A program made the position numbers and the translations under genes. Below are positions 63,545 through 64,000 of a stretch of 64,000 nt of DNA, one piece after another. The stretch's first letter is position 1, and the number at the start of each line of letters is the position of its first letter. The DNA lies in the NCBI GenBank assembly GCA_010909165.1, contig MU008220.1, forward strand, positions 159,764 to 223,763, read 5' to 3'. Below the pieces are notes generated by a model. The model worked only from the letters and a program-made list of their open reading frames with translations, made no database searches and had not been told where the DNA came from. This stretch comes from Anthoceros angustus (taxonomy: Eukaryota > Plantae > Anthocerotophyta).

Positions 63545-64000
63545 AGGAGCAAGGAAATCTCCATAATACAGTAAGTCCTTTGCAACCATTATCTATGTAG
63601 TTGGTTTCGCCTCAAAATGTCGTTAGAACTTGATGTATAAGTTGGCGGCAATGTTTTAAGTTGAGGTAGAGGCGTGTTACGAGGAGAAACATTAAAATGT
63701 TTGGCGCAATGAGTTGTGTTGAAACAATGTTTTGCCATCCTTTGGCTGCAACATGGTTTGCAAATCAACTCCTCGATTTGCTATCGTAGTTTGGTCCACC
63801 CATGGGGTGCAAGAAAAACAACGTCCGCCTTTAGCTTGGGAGCAAGTTTGAAAAGTCTCCAACGATAAATTCAATACGATCTTGTACTCCATAATTTTTG
63901 GCATTATGTTTTGCAAATTAATCTTCTCGTGGTCGATGTCAATTGTCAGTAACTTGATGTCCTTGCAATGCAAATTGTATAGTATTTCCGGCACCAAAAA
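63545..64000 (-). pseudogene. TGS1-like (trimethylguanosine synthase family) SAM-dependent methyltransferase domain, frameshifted, truncated by the window edge
   Basis: Composite GAGNTIQFALQGHQV.AIDIDHEKI..AKHNAK.YGVQDRIEFIVGDF.KLAPKLKADVVFLAP(P)W(G)GPNY..DLQTMLQPKDG..APNILMF.PRNT..ETNYIDNGCKGLTV.YG. Confidence 0.85.

Noticed and set aside
1-64000. rRNA, tRNA or snRNA genes as the basis of the tandem array (a typical RLE-LINE target)
   Set aside because: No recognisable structural-RNA sequence by eye; a covariance-model scan would be needed to exclude this fully.

Overview
Eukaryotic, land-plant-like DNA (PLS-class PPR, TAF1, Ty3/Ty1 and CRE-type retroelement remnants; a non-seed plant such as a fern or lycophyte is likely, by inference). 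No intact gene is visible. Positions 1-~59,120 are a head-to-tail array of about five copies of a ~10.6-kb composite unit. The same anchor sequence recurs at 1, 9447, 27111, 39415 and 52216. The unit is a mosaic of unrelated fragments: an AT-rich block, the 3' half of an RT+RLE (CRE-like) non-LTR retrotransposon (-), a DNA-transposase C-terminal segment (+), a Ty3/gypsy integrase end with its downstream region (-), a TAF1 fragment (-) and a gag-like stretch (+). Units 2-4 also carry a ~2.2-kb cassette (PPR fragment, hairpin, 68-bp minisatellite, copia RNase H tail). Copies are internally reshuffled by many jumps at 5-9-nt microhomologies and are rich in indels, so part of the structure may be a long-read consensus artefact. 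The unique right end (60,860-64,000) is the most interesting part. It has a CACTA-like terminus with subterminal repeats, then three co-oriented minus-strand frameshifted coding segments: a possible TET/JBP-like dioxygenase remnant (weak), a DDE transposase with LDN..ENKN/GHTH motifs (homologous to the fragment inside the tandem unit) and a TGS1-like methyltransferase that runs off the window edge. All protein calls are by-eye motif recognition across frameshifts; no database search was run.
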